The translations under genes were made by a program, and so were the position numbers. Positions 26,974 to 39,448 of a stretch of 64,000 nucleotides of DNA are shown here, piece by piece (the stretch's first letter is position 1; every line of letters starts with the position of its first letter). This DNA is from Oopsacas minuta (taxonomy: Eukaryota; Animalia; Porifera). The stretch spans positions 329,356-393,355 of the forward strand of contig JAKMXF010000122.1 of assembly GCA_024704765.1 (NCBI GenBank), in the 5' to 3' direction. Under the pieces are notes generated by a model. That model made no database searches. It worked only from the letters and a program-made list of their open reading frames with translations, and was not told the DNA's origin.

Positions 26974-29900
26974 CACAGTGGCTTAGTAGTAGAGAATTAA
27001 GAAATTTTTTATAGTAATGCTTTCATTTCTTTATGTTTTCTTTCTGTTTCTAAACATTCAAGTAGCATCCATTCCAATTTTCGAATCATTTGGTAGCCCA
27101 TTAGTTATGTAAATTTGAATCGAAACTGTGTGGTTTTTGATGTTGAAATTATCGTTTCGGAGAATTCAAAATATAAAAGATTTTCACAAAGATTCTGATT
27201 CTTTATAGAATGTATTAGCGATCTATTGTTTCATCTATTCTAGACAATTGTGCATGCTGATTTCTAATTTTGTATCAGATATATTCTAAACTGTGTACTT
27301 TGCATGTGAAGGGTTGTTGTACTCAGGGTAAAAAAATGAATGCCATTTTTCCATCAATAAAATTTTGAAAGTGTCTGAAAAAAAAGTCAAGGAACGTCAA
27401 AGCGAAAATAATACCAGTTGTTGTTTACAATTTATGCTATGTTATATGAAGATGACAGGCCCCGAAACAATGTGCAACTTTGATTTTTTGGTCACATTCC
27501 ATCGTCTGTAATCGTTGCTATGGAAATTCCTAAAGTGATATCTGTAACTATGTAATTGAATACCCGTCTAATTCTAATTCTTCTTGGAAATTACTGCACA
27601 AAATTAAACATATAACGTGTATATATACGTGTACTTATGTTTTCAATCATACACCTTTATTTTCTCATAGATAGTTTATCCGTGATCAATGGCCGAACCA
27701 ATTACTCCGATGACTTCCCCCCGAATCCCGTCTCGATTTAGCGAGAATCCTGAAAGCAAATGGCAATTGCGTCCAAACAACTCTCTGTTATCATAGCGAT
27801 CTCCATGGATTAGACGATGCCAAGCAGGCTAAACTTGAATTGATTCTACGTGGAATACGAGATGTGATTAGAACTTCAAAAAAATCACTTGAATCTTTGC
27901 ATGGAGATTGGTGGCATTCTGAAATTTGCTCAGAATTATTTATAGCTTCACAAGCCCCCCAAAAAACTAAGTTGGTGCGCCAAAAGAAAGAACTTATCAA
28001 TCTTTCATTGCAACATCAGCGTTCCGCGGATCTCTAGTGTCCTTGAGTCTATCAGATCCATCTCGGTAATCGAAAAAACTTCTGAAATTACAATTGCAGC
28101 TCTTGCTTTGCAATTGTTGTGCAATGAAGAAGACAATCGAGAAGTTGCAAGGGTATCTAAATCAATTGTGCAGGGAAAATTCTCTGGTCAATTCGGGCGT
28201 GCATCTAAAAGCAAAGAATTGGATGTGGACAAGGCATTATTTCTTTTGGATCTACTAGAGATTGGCAAGAGGAAGTATACTCTACTACGACAACTTTTGT
28301 CATCTAATGAAATTCACTTTCCTACATATCAGAGGGTGGCCGATCATAGAAATAATTTAGTACTACGAAGTATGATTCAACTATTCCCGAATCCTACAGC
28401 CCCAGTTGGTGTGTGTGTGTGTGCCATACGCTCAATTTGTCTACCATACATTTTGTAGAATTATGCCCACTCTACCATCCCCTTCAAATGAGGATTTTCC
28501 TCTTCGATTTCAGATTGCTGATGGCTTAGATAGATCTGGAAAGCATACCGTATATAATCAACCAAATACGAATACGTCTACCAAATCATTCATCTTATTT
28601 TGCTTCAAAGCAATACACATTGTCAATTCTAGTGGAAAGGAACTTTGGAAAAACAACTGCCCGAATTCTCCATTCTCCCAACGTCCAATTTTCCTTCTTG
28701 CTGCCACAGAAAATCATGACAATATTCACCAATTTATGAAAGATATCATCAATCCCGAAACTGATCAAATGAAGGACCAAGATTTCTATTTTGCCGATGA
28801 TAAACATATATTTGTCGATGTTGTCCGATCAATGTTTGATGGTAAAATGGCAAGTATTCTCTCAGGAGCAGGAGGTGCGAGTTGCCAACTATGTACTACA
28901 ACGCAGAAAGAACTAAAAGATCGTGATTTAATTTTGCAAGGCTATCCCATCAATAGAAACATTTCAGACGCAATTCAAATATTTGGAGAACTGGAAGACA
29001 TTGATGCTTTCTTTTCATCACCAACAAATCAAAGATTTAACCTGACTCACCAACCATTATCAACAATAGATATTCTACCTACTTCTCCCTCACATTCCTA
29101 TACGTGCATTTTTAGATGGTTTAATTTACTTGTGTACCAGCTGAATTGTAATAAGCTCACATGGTCACCATCATCAAAAGAAATTAAAGACTCCGTGGTG
29201 GATGTGCGAACCATAGTTCAAGAAGTAACAGGTCTAAGAATTGACCAACCAGACCCCAAAGGAGGTACTACTTCCACTGGTGGTGTGGCTCGAAGAGCTT
29301 GTTCAAATGACTCCAAGTTTATTGAATGCGCAATGTCTTTGGTTAAGATTGATCATAGGGACTCACTTTGTAAATTGCACACACAATTATCTGTCATTCT
29401 GAGAATCATAAATTCAGACAGAAAATCAATACCGAAAAATTGGGCAACCTTTGTACAGACACCTATCTCCTTATTCTTCAATCCTTTCCCTGGGTGAACA
29501 TTACACCGACTTTACATAAATTACTAGCCCATTCTGAAGAAATACTGAGAGAGATTAACTTTGGGTATGGATTGAAATGCTTTAGCGAAGAAGGATCCGA
29601 AGCCTGCGACAAATTAATCAGGAAATATAGGGAACATGTAGCAAGGAAAACTTCCTTCGAGGATAATGTCATTGATATATTTGTCAGACTCTCATCTGAA
29701 AGCGATCCTGTGTTAATGAAATATCGATCGACAGTGGTGTGCGAAAAGTGCGGAGAACACGGTCATACCCGAAGAGCTAAGTGCTGTAGAGATAATGCAA
29801 CAGATTTATTGGAATCATCTATTGATAATATCGTCAAGGACCTTATTATTGATACGATATTGTAACAACGTAGTTTGCTGAATGTTAGTGAGTAAATAAT

Positions 29901-30354
29901 ACAATAAAACATCCCTTAATATTAGTGTTTATTGTTTTTATCCAGAAATTGTTAGAATTGATATATATATTAGCAAAAAAAGATATGAATTTTTTCTAAA
30001 AACGCATTTAGAAGTATGAAGTACAAAAGCAAAATTGTATATGACGCCATTTTATAAAAATTATGAATAATTTTGTATTTCTAACAGTTATAATTGCTTC
30101 CATGGATATGATATACTATACCCAAATAATGCAATTTATAGGGCTAACATTGTTATACAATCAGATATTAAAGAAAAACAAAATTCAGCATAAAGCTATG
30201 ACGTCAGAACATGATATATAGAAACCTTATAAAATTTTTGAATGCACCAAATGATTCCTAGCATATGATAACCTATATGCTAATAATACATTACATATGT
30301 CTATTTCAAATGAAAATACCCATTCTTTACTAACTCCCATTTTAAGCCACTGTG
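26974..30354 (+). mobile_element. Full-length Transib/RAG1-like transposon (element 1, 3381 bp)
   Basis: Both ends begin CACAGTGGCTTA. 5-bp TSD CACTA at 26969-73 and 30355-59. It contains a RAG1-core-like transposase. Confidence 0.93.
27689..29865 (+). pseudogene. RAG1-like/Transib DDE transposase, ~725 aa if four frameshifts are corrected
   Basis: ADGLDRSG (D600-like), PNSPFSQRPIFL, MFDGKM (D708-like), CQLC and HKLLAH (Zn ligands), TSTGGVARR, SEEGSEACDK (E962-like), SDPVL, C-terminal CEKCGEHGHTRRAKC. Confidence 0.9.
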
Positions 30355-31599
30355 CACTACTGATCCTAGACCTTGTGTAACCCCAGTATAAGCATGTGAA
30401 ACCCTGGAAATCGTGTTAGAATGGCTGGAGTCCCAAGGGGATACCCAGATGGAACATTTGCTTCTAGTAAAGAAATGGCGAAACAGCGCTGCTGAAAAAC
30501 GAGTAATAACTACTAAACAGATATTATTATTGTCTCTTTTTAGTTAATATGTTTTGTGTTATTTGTGTGATTTGTGCTGAATATTTCACCAATAATATTA
30601 TTTGGTAGAAAATCATGTCCGGTCTAGGGTGTCCGGATCTCGAAGGTTTTACTGTATTTACATTTTATTGACCCGCCATGACAAATGATACACCCTGTAA
30701 GCAGGCGTGTAGTGTCTAGAGAGCGGAAGTGAGCGGCGTTCCCGACTACAAAATCAAAAAGAAGAGGCATTCCCTCACTTTAACCCGATTATTATTCTAT
30801 ATTATTATACAGGTAGATTAAGTTTTTCCGAAGTTGCCCTTCTTTCGTACTCTAGTCAACACCTCTTATTGGGATAACATCGGTACTAGGCCATTTCGAA
30901 TCAATTAAGTGAATTTACGTGTAGGCCTGATCTCGGAAATATTTAACATAGCACTGCACTGTTTTGGCCAAGTGATACTATCAACTACGTGACAATTTGG
31001 CATATTTTGACTATTTTAACAACGCTGCAATTGGGGTTACTATATTGCCTCTCAATAATAAATGGACCCTTTACTTGCAGTCATGTGAAATTCCTTAGAA
31101 GAGTATTTGATAATTCTTCAACTTATTCAGGGAAGTGGCAAAGAGTAATAAAAGGGACCTAGAATTCAATACTGACGCTTTTAGTTTAATATTAAAGTAG
31201 AATCGTTTCGCAAGAATGGATTGCAGAGTCGACGGTTTTATAATGTACTGAAAGAATTTTTAATACTTTCTCTTAGTCAAATTTTACAAACCCATTACTT
31301 ATTGCTGTTAGGTATAATTTTGACCAATTAATATTTATCTAATACTCACCAATGGCATCTCTGGAAGAATCTATTTATCAATCTCCTCCTACAAAGCGCT
31401 TTCTAAGAACTCTAGAAGAGTATTTCACATAATTTCAATCAATTCACCATCTAAGAAGCTTATTGATTGAAGTAAGCTCTCACAGCACTGAGACTAGGCC
31501 TGCTATCAATACGGCAGTCTCTTCTAACAGTGCTTTTGGCAAGATCAGAATTCCCGATATGTAGGAAAGTAAAAAGAAAGAGTACCCATGGTTATTTTG

Positions 31600-32313
31600 C
31601 AAAGATAGCACTCTGGGGTGTTTAATATGCCAAAAAGAGCCTTGGCTATCCTTGCATAAGAGCAGAGGTATTTATATCACTACAGAATGGTTTTAAGGTC
31701 TTATTAACTATTATGGTAATTGACAAGAAGCAAGATTGAAATCATTACGTAAGAAAATAGTTTGACCCTAAACTTCTCACGCCCACACTATTGCGAAAGA
31801 AATTATTCAATGTGCAGAAAAGTCCTGTATTCGACCCACATATATAATATGAAACATTTAGAATTAGAGGACACTAGAATCATTTTGAGTCTTGCCAAGA
31901 ATTATCGACCGCATACAGATCATCCCGAATTAGTTGAGCTACGACAGTTGAATGGCACTGATCTTGTGGTAGGTCTTCATTCCCGCTATTTTGCATCAGA
32001 ATTCATTGATCACATAAAGTTCGAAATGAGACTTAAGAATGTTACTGTATACAGGAAATCGGGTACAATAGCGTTAATCACTGATAATCAACTAGCATAT
32101 CAATTATTTCTACACTAGTAGTTCATCTCAAGTGGGAAACTTCGAAGCTAGAAGTACGCAATTCACGTTTTGGATTTCATTTAACTTGCAAAACAGGATG
32201 CTTCGACTATGGTGGGTATTTTACTGAATCGTATGGAGAGTTACTGGTTGAATAAGCATTATCTTACCCAAAATTTAATCAGATATGCTTCTGAAGGTGC
32301 AAGCGTTATGCCT
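31600..32313 (+). pseudogene. hAT transposase fragment (KIAA1586-like)
   Basis: LAKNYRPHTDHPELVELRQLNGTDLVVGLHSRY..IDHIKFEMR (ORF 31762), followed by QDAST..YLTQNLIRYASEGASVM (ASDGASVM-like). It is truncated by the satellite. Confidence 0.6.
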
Positions 32314-32329
32314 AGCTGATATAGTGGGG

Positions 32330-33377
32330 TACGACCACAATTAACAATAAAACAACTAAATGTGATTTATATACAGTCAGTTTCAAAATTCCACAGATAG
32401 AATTTAGAAAGTACACTAAACAAGGTATAATGACTAAATATAAAACATCACAACATAATACACAATGTATACTGCAAATAATAGAATTCAACTCAGTTTG
32501 ATTAGTAACCAAAATGAAGATGATAGCTGAACCATGTGTTATATTTACAGTCAGTTTCAATATTCTACACATAGAATTTGGAAAGTACACTAAACAAAGT
32601 ATTGTGACCCAATATCAAATATCACAACAGATTGCACAGTATGTACTGCAAATCATAGTATTTAACTCAGGTTGACTAGTAACAGAACATACGCTGTTAG
32701 CTGAACCATGTGTTATATTTACAGTCAGTTTCAATATTCTACACATAGAATTTGGAAAGTACACTAAACAAAGTATTGTGACTCGATATCAATTATCACA
32801 GCAGATTACACTTTGTATACTGTAAATCATAGTATTTAACTCAGTTTGATTAGTAACAGAACTTACGCTGTTAGCTGAACCATGTGTTTTATTTACAGTC
32901 AGTTTCAATATTCTACACATAGAATTTGGAAAGTACACTAAACAAAGTATTGTGACTCCATATCAATTATCACAACAGATTACCGAATATATAGTGCAAA
33001 TCATAGTATTTAACTCAGTTTGATTAGTAGCAGAACTTACGCTGTTAGCTGAACCATGTGTTATATTTACAGTCAGTTTCAATATTCTACACATAGAATT
33101 TGGAAAGTACACTAAACAAAGTATTGTGACTCCATATCAATTATCACAGAAGATTACACTTTGTATACTGTGAATCATAGTATTTAACTCAGTTTGATTA
33201 GTAACAGAACTTACGCTGTTAGCTGAACCATGTGTTTTATTTACAGTCAGTTTCAATATTCTACACATAGAATTTGGAAAGTACACTAAACAAAGTATTG
33301 TTACTCGATATCAATTATCACAGCAGATTACACTTTGTATACTGTAAATCATACTATTTAACTCAGTTTGATTAGTA
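32330..33377. repeat. Homogeneous tandem array, 174-bp unit (~6 copies), built of three ~58-bp subunits
   Basis: GCTGAACCATGTG recurs at 32526, 32700, 32874, 33048 and 33222, exactly 174 bp apart. The array ends at an N. Confidence 0.95.
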
Positions 33378-33378
33378 N
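33378..33378. other. Ambiguous base, probably an assembly join
   Basis: A single n exactly where the 174-bp array abuts a truncated transposase. The array length and this adjacency may be artefacts. Confidence 0.7.
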
Positions 33379-34645
33379 TTCACCAGTTGCTCGGCTGTCC
33401 CATAGACATAGGAAACAACAATACTTTGTAAAACCTTGTTGCAAGCCCATCAATAGCCCGATTATCTTAAGATCACCGCAGATATTCCATATATGTGTTC
33501 TATACTGTATTGCCTCCAAAACTTCCTGCAAATTGACGAAGGTTTCTTTGAGATAGACGGAGTGAGCAATTGGAACGCCAGGCTTTAGATTTCCGTTATG
33601 CAACAGAACAGCATTCAAACTGCGTTTTGACGAGTCGATGAAGAGGCGCCAATCAGAGGAAGAATGTTCTTGTAATAGGTTTGCATAGAGTCCTTCGATA
33701 TCATTACAATAGCACAGTGGACCATCAGTGGTGTAGTATTGAGCGAGATCGAAATTTCGCTTGCGATAGTGGGATACTAGGACATCTTTGTCGAGTAGGT
33801 TTTTCTGTTTGAGCCTGGATGCAAGGAGTTCAGCTTTGTCTTTAGATAAGTCTAGATTCCTGACCAGGTCATTCAATTCTCCCTGTGTAAATGTTTGTGG
33901 CTCTACTAATTCATCTTCCGGGACATAATTAGCATCTGTAGAATCTGCATGAACATCTTCCACCATATCAGAAACGATCTTAATTTGCTGTGGTTTGGGA
34001 ATTGGGATTGGTAATCAGATGTCGTGTGGAATTGGCCTGCGAGCAGAATCCAAGTCTGGGTAAACAAGAGCGTGCTTATTCTTGGCTGAGAATCCTGTAA
34101 TGTCGATAAGGCAAAAGTAACAATCATCAAGGTGATCTTTCTGTTCCCTCCAGACCATGGGTATTGCAAATGGCATTGAAACTTTCCTTTTGTTCAACCA
34201 ATCACGTAGTCCACTTGAATAAGAAGTGCATATAACATGTGGTGCCCACGACTTGTCTTGGTCACCAAGTGGACATTCGAAGTACAATTTGTATATATTC
34301 TTTAATTGATTTGTGATTGGTCGTCTTTGTGATTTTACGCAAAAAGACCACAAACGTAACAGAAATTGTCGGGATGAGTTCTTCAATTACGATGCATGTT
34401 TATAATTTGATTCTGCTTGAATTCAAATAAGTAAGGTCATTTATATTCCAGATAATTGAATCAAAATAGGCATGCTCATATAGCAATTTAGTAACTAGGT
34501 AATACTGTCTATTGAAAAATGAATATTGGATTTCAGAATAACTAGACGTGCTAGAGAAATTCTGATTGCAGATTCGAGTTCAGCATTCAAAAGTAAGCTA
34601 AGATAAATGTATATGATCTCTGATGAGAAATCTTGTTGAGTTGTG
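33379..34645 (-). mobile_element. Chapaev3-like (CMC) transposon, 5' half
   Basis: LGDQDKSWAPHVIC, PMVWREQKDHLDDCYFC, WRLFIDSSKRSLNAVLLHNGN, ICGDLKII, GFTKYCCFLCLWDSRA. The putative terminus CACAACTCAACAAG is at 34645. The protein family is clear; the superfamily name is from memory. Confidence 0.7.
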
Positions 34646-35942
34646 TTCTTGAAATAGTGTCTATATATATAGAATGTACCTCTGCAACCACTGGAAGTAT
34701 GCACAAAATGGAGAAAACGAATCAATACACATGTTATGGTGAGATTGAGTGTAAATATCTTGAGAAAGTTGAAATAGTATGATTACACTACATATTTGTG
34801 GATCGAGCAATGGAAATATGTGCGTGAAGATAGAAAGGATGAATTCAACTGTTGAGGTGAAATTCATAGTCAATATGTGGAGAGAATTGAGATAGTATGA
34901 TCAAACTACATGTAGGGGATCAAGCAATAGAAATATGTGCATGATGATGAGCGAGAATCAATACACATGTTCAAGGTAAATTCAGTGAAAATATGAGTTT
35001 ACCCTTGAGATATTATGAGTATACTACATCTACGGATATCGGTAGTGGAAACATCTGGAAGATGATGGAACAGAATCAATACAACTATTAGAGGTGAGAT
35101 GAAGTGAGATTTTGTGGAGAATTGTGAGATAGTATCATTTCACTACATTTTTGAGGATCAAGCAATGGAAATATGTACAAAATGGTGGAAAAGAGTCAAT
35201 ACACCGGTTAGAGGTTAGATAAGTGGATATTTTTTCAGAATGTGACATACTGTGTATGAACAAAATGTAGGTTTACAACTACTGCAAATAAGTACAAAAT
35301 GAACTAAAAGAATGCCTACACCAGCTAGAGATGATACAATTGTAAATCTGACGATAACAGAGATATTATTATTATGCTAAATGTACGCTGAACAAGCCAT
35401 AGAAATATGTGCATAATCATGCCAGAGAATCAATACACAGAGTAGAGGTGAGCTTAAGTTTAGAAATGTGGTGAAAGTTAAGATATTATGAGTACCCTAC
35501 ATTTACGAAGTTCGACCAATGAAAATATTTGGAAGATGATAGAAGAGAATCAATACAACTGTTAGAGGTGAAATTCAGTATATATATGTGTGGACAAGGT
35601 TGATATAGTGCGTCTACTCTACATGTAAGTCTGCTGCAACTGTAATTATGTACAAAATGAGGAAAATGAATGGATGCACTCCTAGAAGTGATATTCAGTG
35701 GAAATAGGTGAGAATGTTGGAATATTATGAGTACACTATACCTACGTGGCACAACCCATGGATATTGTACAAAATGATGGAAGAGAATCAATACACAAGG
35801 TAGAAGTGAAATTCAATGTATATGTATGTAGAATTTTGAAATAGTATGAATCTACTACTTGTACACGGATCAATGAATGGAAAAATGTTGATAATGATGG
35901 AAGAGAATCAATACACCTGTTAGAGCTTAGATGAAGCATATA

Positions 35943-38360
35943 TGTTGCAGTCAATGTATATAATCGGTCAATTTATAAATAGACTGAAATTTCCAGTAAA
36001 TTTGTGAATTGACTGATTCACTCAGGCTATTTACTAATTAACTAGAATTTTGGGCCATTTTCAAATTGACTGAATCATTGGTTGGTAATTTGACAGATTG
36101 ACTGAAGCGTATTGCGAATTTAATTAATTGATATCAATGTGCATTAAAAGCATGTGATTACAGCATACTGACTTAAAAATTCATATATCGTTGTCATTCA
36201 GTTCTTGTTGGGGCAGGTCATAGTCGCGTGACACTTGTTATTACATTTAAGTCCAGCCTTGAAACATTTACATTAGATTGATTTGCATTGTTTGCCATTT
36301 TCTAGACAGTTGCACTTGGCAAACTCTTGTCCACCACACTTAGACCCTTGTTGAACAGCTTGTCGCAGGGCTATTTCTTTATCCGTGGTGAAATCGTTTA
36401 CACTGTACAGCGGATGGGGACACAAATCAAATTGATTTTGACTGTAAGATCCTTTCAGGGTTCCTGCACGGATTACTATACGGTACATGTCATTTTCATT
36501 TCTTTTCAGAATTACACCCATGATGTTTCGAGGATCACCTCCACCGCGATCCACAAAGGGATTGGAATAATTACATTATCTCCAGGGTTGCCAGCAACCT
36601 GCTCTAGACGACTACGTTTCAACATGCGTTCGGCCTGAGTTATCTGTCCTTCAGCTGCTCTCTTGTGATTGAGTTGAATATTGTCGTGCCTTATTTGGAT
36701 ATCGGTTACCTGAGACGAAGGAGCAGATAAAGATGATGAAGAAGTAGCTTCTGAGGCATCAGGTGACTTATCTTCTTATGTAGGAAGATTTGGAGAAACT
36801 GTGGTCAGGTTATCTGAAGAGACTTGAGAGGGGTCAGACCGTCTTCGGACACAAGGCATACTAGGATTTCACTAGGAAGGGATACTGAACGTAGTCTACC
36901 TTGTGCATCACGCCCAAACAGGGCCTTGAATAGGGATTGTTTAATTCCAGAATGGTAACCACTGTTCTTCTGAAACTGCACAAAACGAAGCCTAGTTGGC
37001 AAATCTATGGAATCGTTGTCACCTAACCAGGCAGTTAGTATGTCTTTGACGTCACAATTAAGTCTCTCAACTCGCCCATCCCTTTCGGGATGGCGAGGTT
37101 TACCATGGATCATAACTAGATCAGGCGACATAACCTTCAGTTCAGTGATAACTGATGCTGTAAATTCACTGCAGTTGTCACTCAGAGAATTTGAGGGGCG
37201 CCTAGCAACAAGAAAATGTGAACCAGTTCCCACGCGAGTTCAGCAGCACATTTGGAAGTCAAAGGGCGTAATACACAGTACTTTGTTAAGTGGTCTTGAT
37301 AAACCATGATCCAGCGATATGAAACTTCGCCCATAGACTACATGTCAATGAAATCAACCTGAGCACGAGGACAAAAGTCTTTGGACAAAATTGACTTCAC
37401 AACAACACCCTTAGTGGTGGCACGCTTACGTTTCTGTGGATATTGAACACAGAGAGATTTGTAGAACTCAATGGATCGCGAAGGACGTTTGCATATTTGT
37501 TCACAGCTTTAGTCATCTTGTCTCGACCGCCATCCCCGCATGCAATATGGGCGCGTTTAATGATGTCGAATATATCGTCCATGTGAGTAAAGTGAACACG
37601 TTATTGGGAGCCTTCACTTTGCTTTGAATTAACTTCTCAACATAACCACACTGAAGAACTTCCTACCTGTAAAATATATAAATTATGTCTCTTAATCGAT
37701 TCCAGCAACAAGTACACAACCGTAGTGCGCAATATTAATGCTACATTTTCCGTGTACAGCAAAGGAAAACCAAACCATCGTACGTACGTAGGCTCTAGAA
37801 AATTAGAGAACTAATTATGGTATTGTATGGAATATTTATTTGACCTGAATCCAAGTAATGTAGCCAAGACCCAAGTTTTGCTAATTATTTGTTCACATAC
37901 CTGCCAATGATATAGTATTGACTGTTGGACTTCTTTGTGGTGTCAGATGCAACTTTGACATCTTCAAGCAACAAAAAATACTCATATTGGTCATCAATAA
38001 TGATTTGGTATCAAGGCATTCCCATTCCAATATCTCCTCACAAGAAGGTTCCATAGTGTCTGACATCGTTTAGAGTTATGAGGGTGTTCATATTACCTTG
38101 CTTTTTTATACTCCAGAATATTTCATATCGATAGATGCTTGCCTTTGATATGTTATTATTGAGGATACGCTACTTTGAGTCAGGATTCTCTTCTACATTT
38201 TCAATTTTTAAGTTAAGTTGACGTATATGTTTTGCAGAAACAATAATTGCAAGATTTCCCATATTCACTAAATTATTGATTTGACAGTCAATCTGTCAAA
38301 AACGCCGACCAATGATTCAGTGAATTTGTAAATTGGCTGAATTTATACATAACTATAACA
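35943..38360 (-). mobile_element. Ginger2/KRBA2-like integrase-type DNA transposon; decayed; intron-containing
   Basis: TGTT..AACA termini with TSD TATA. AHIACGDGGRDKM (H2C2 zinc finger), SDNCSEF..HGKPRHP..GRVERLNCDVK (rve core), Cys-rich C-terminus. Confidence 0.9.
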
Positions 38361-39448
38361 TATATATGTTCAAAATGTTGAAATAGTACGTATACACAAA
38401 ATGTAGGCCTCCAACCATTGAAATTTTGTACAAAATGAAAAAGAATGAATGAATACACATGTCAGCGATGAAATTCCATGAAAATATGTTAGAAAGTTGA
38501 AGTAGTGTGTATACACAAATTATGGATCTGCAAACACTGGAATTATGTATGAAATGAAGTAAACGAATCAAAACACCAGTCAGAGCTGAAATTCAGTGTA
38601 TATATGTGGAAATAGTTGATATACAGTTTGTCCCATAATTATTGAGACTAACACCATTTTAATGCAACCTTGACCACTTTTCTTAATACATTGTTGCCGT
38701 TAAGTTTTATTCTATTGAACAATAGTATTGACTCTATTAATAGATTTGAGCATGTTTATATTTCAATTTTGTCTGTATTTTTAGTTTTCAAGTATTTTTA
38801 TGATGATGACCTAACAATTATTGCTAATAATTATTAAATTACAGATTGTATATTATTATTTCTTAGATAGAACAATTTATCAAGCGGGATAAAATTAGAA
38901 TACTTTTCCAAGGAGGAAAACACGCAGTAAATCAAATAGCTGCCACTCTATGAGTTGGGCAGGCGACTGTATTTCGCGTTGAGAAAACTCTCAAAGAAGT
39001 TACAAATTTACATCACAAGAAAGGTGTTGGAAGGCCTGCTATTCTTAGAAACCTCATCAAGTATAGCATTGCGCAATTTGTTAGGCATGATAAAAGGAAG
39101 ACTATACGTGGAATTGTCACAAATCTAGAAGAGAAAAGTGCTACTAAAGTGTCCAAGAGTACAACTGGAAGATGCCTACAGGAAATGAAGTACAGCAAGC
39201 CTTGGGCAACACTTGTACCAATGCTAAGTGAGACAAACAAGCTCTTACGTATTGAGTGGGGCAAGAAAAATGAGAATATTGATTGGTGTCACGCTGTGTT
39301 TGCAGATGAAGCTTCTTTCTGGCTCAAACCTGGTCGAGTTAGGCTATGGACAAAAAGAAATCAGAAATTCATTAGCCAACAACCAAGCATTCCACTAAAT
39401 TACACATTTGGGCAGCCTTTTCGAGTATGGGGACCTTCCCTCTGTGTT

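Larger units (their letters stand above)
25319..30654 (+). mobile_element. pogo/Tigger (JRK/CENP-B-like) transposon; decayed; split by a RAG1-like element
   Basis: TIRs CAGTAGAACCTCCGAGATCCGGA / CAGTAAAACCTTCGAGATCCGGA, flanked by TA. KRKHHAVSLELKLSII (HTH), YIFNADETGL, KDRVTLLACANAS, LLLDN, DQGILETMKRRYKK. The reading resumes after 30359 (EEDTTDPRPCVTP). Confidence 0.92.
24024..30697 (+). mobile_element. Tc1 (DD37E-like) transposon carrying nested pogo and RAG1-like insertions
   Basis: TIRs CAGGGTGTATCATATGT (24024) and the reverse complement CAGGGTGTATCATTTGT (ending 30697), flanked by TA. Transposase relic at ~24270-25295 with FMQDGVPPHT and NSPDLNPLENFWS. It is interrupted at TA 25317-18. 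Confidence 0.9.

Noticed and set aside
26981-27012. Canonical RSS nonamer (ACAAAAACC) after the heptamers
   Set aside because: It is not present at any of the four ends. Only element-specific inner motifs are seen, so these are TIRs and not true RSSs.
32330-33377. CRISPR array or coding repeat
   Set aside because: Units are contiguous with no unique spacers, the context is eukaryotic and there are no cas genes. The best frame has a stop in each of the homogeneous units.
33358-33966. ORF end GEXLIKLS as a true C-terminus, and the satellite/Chapaev adjacency
   Set aside because: It runs through the N at 33378, a probable assembly join.
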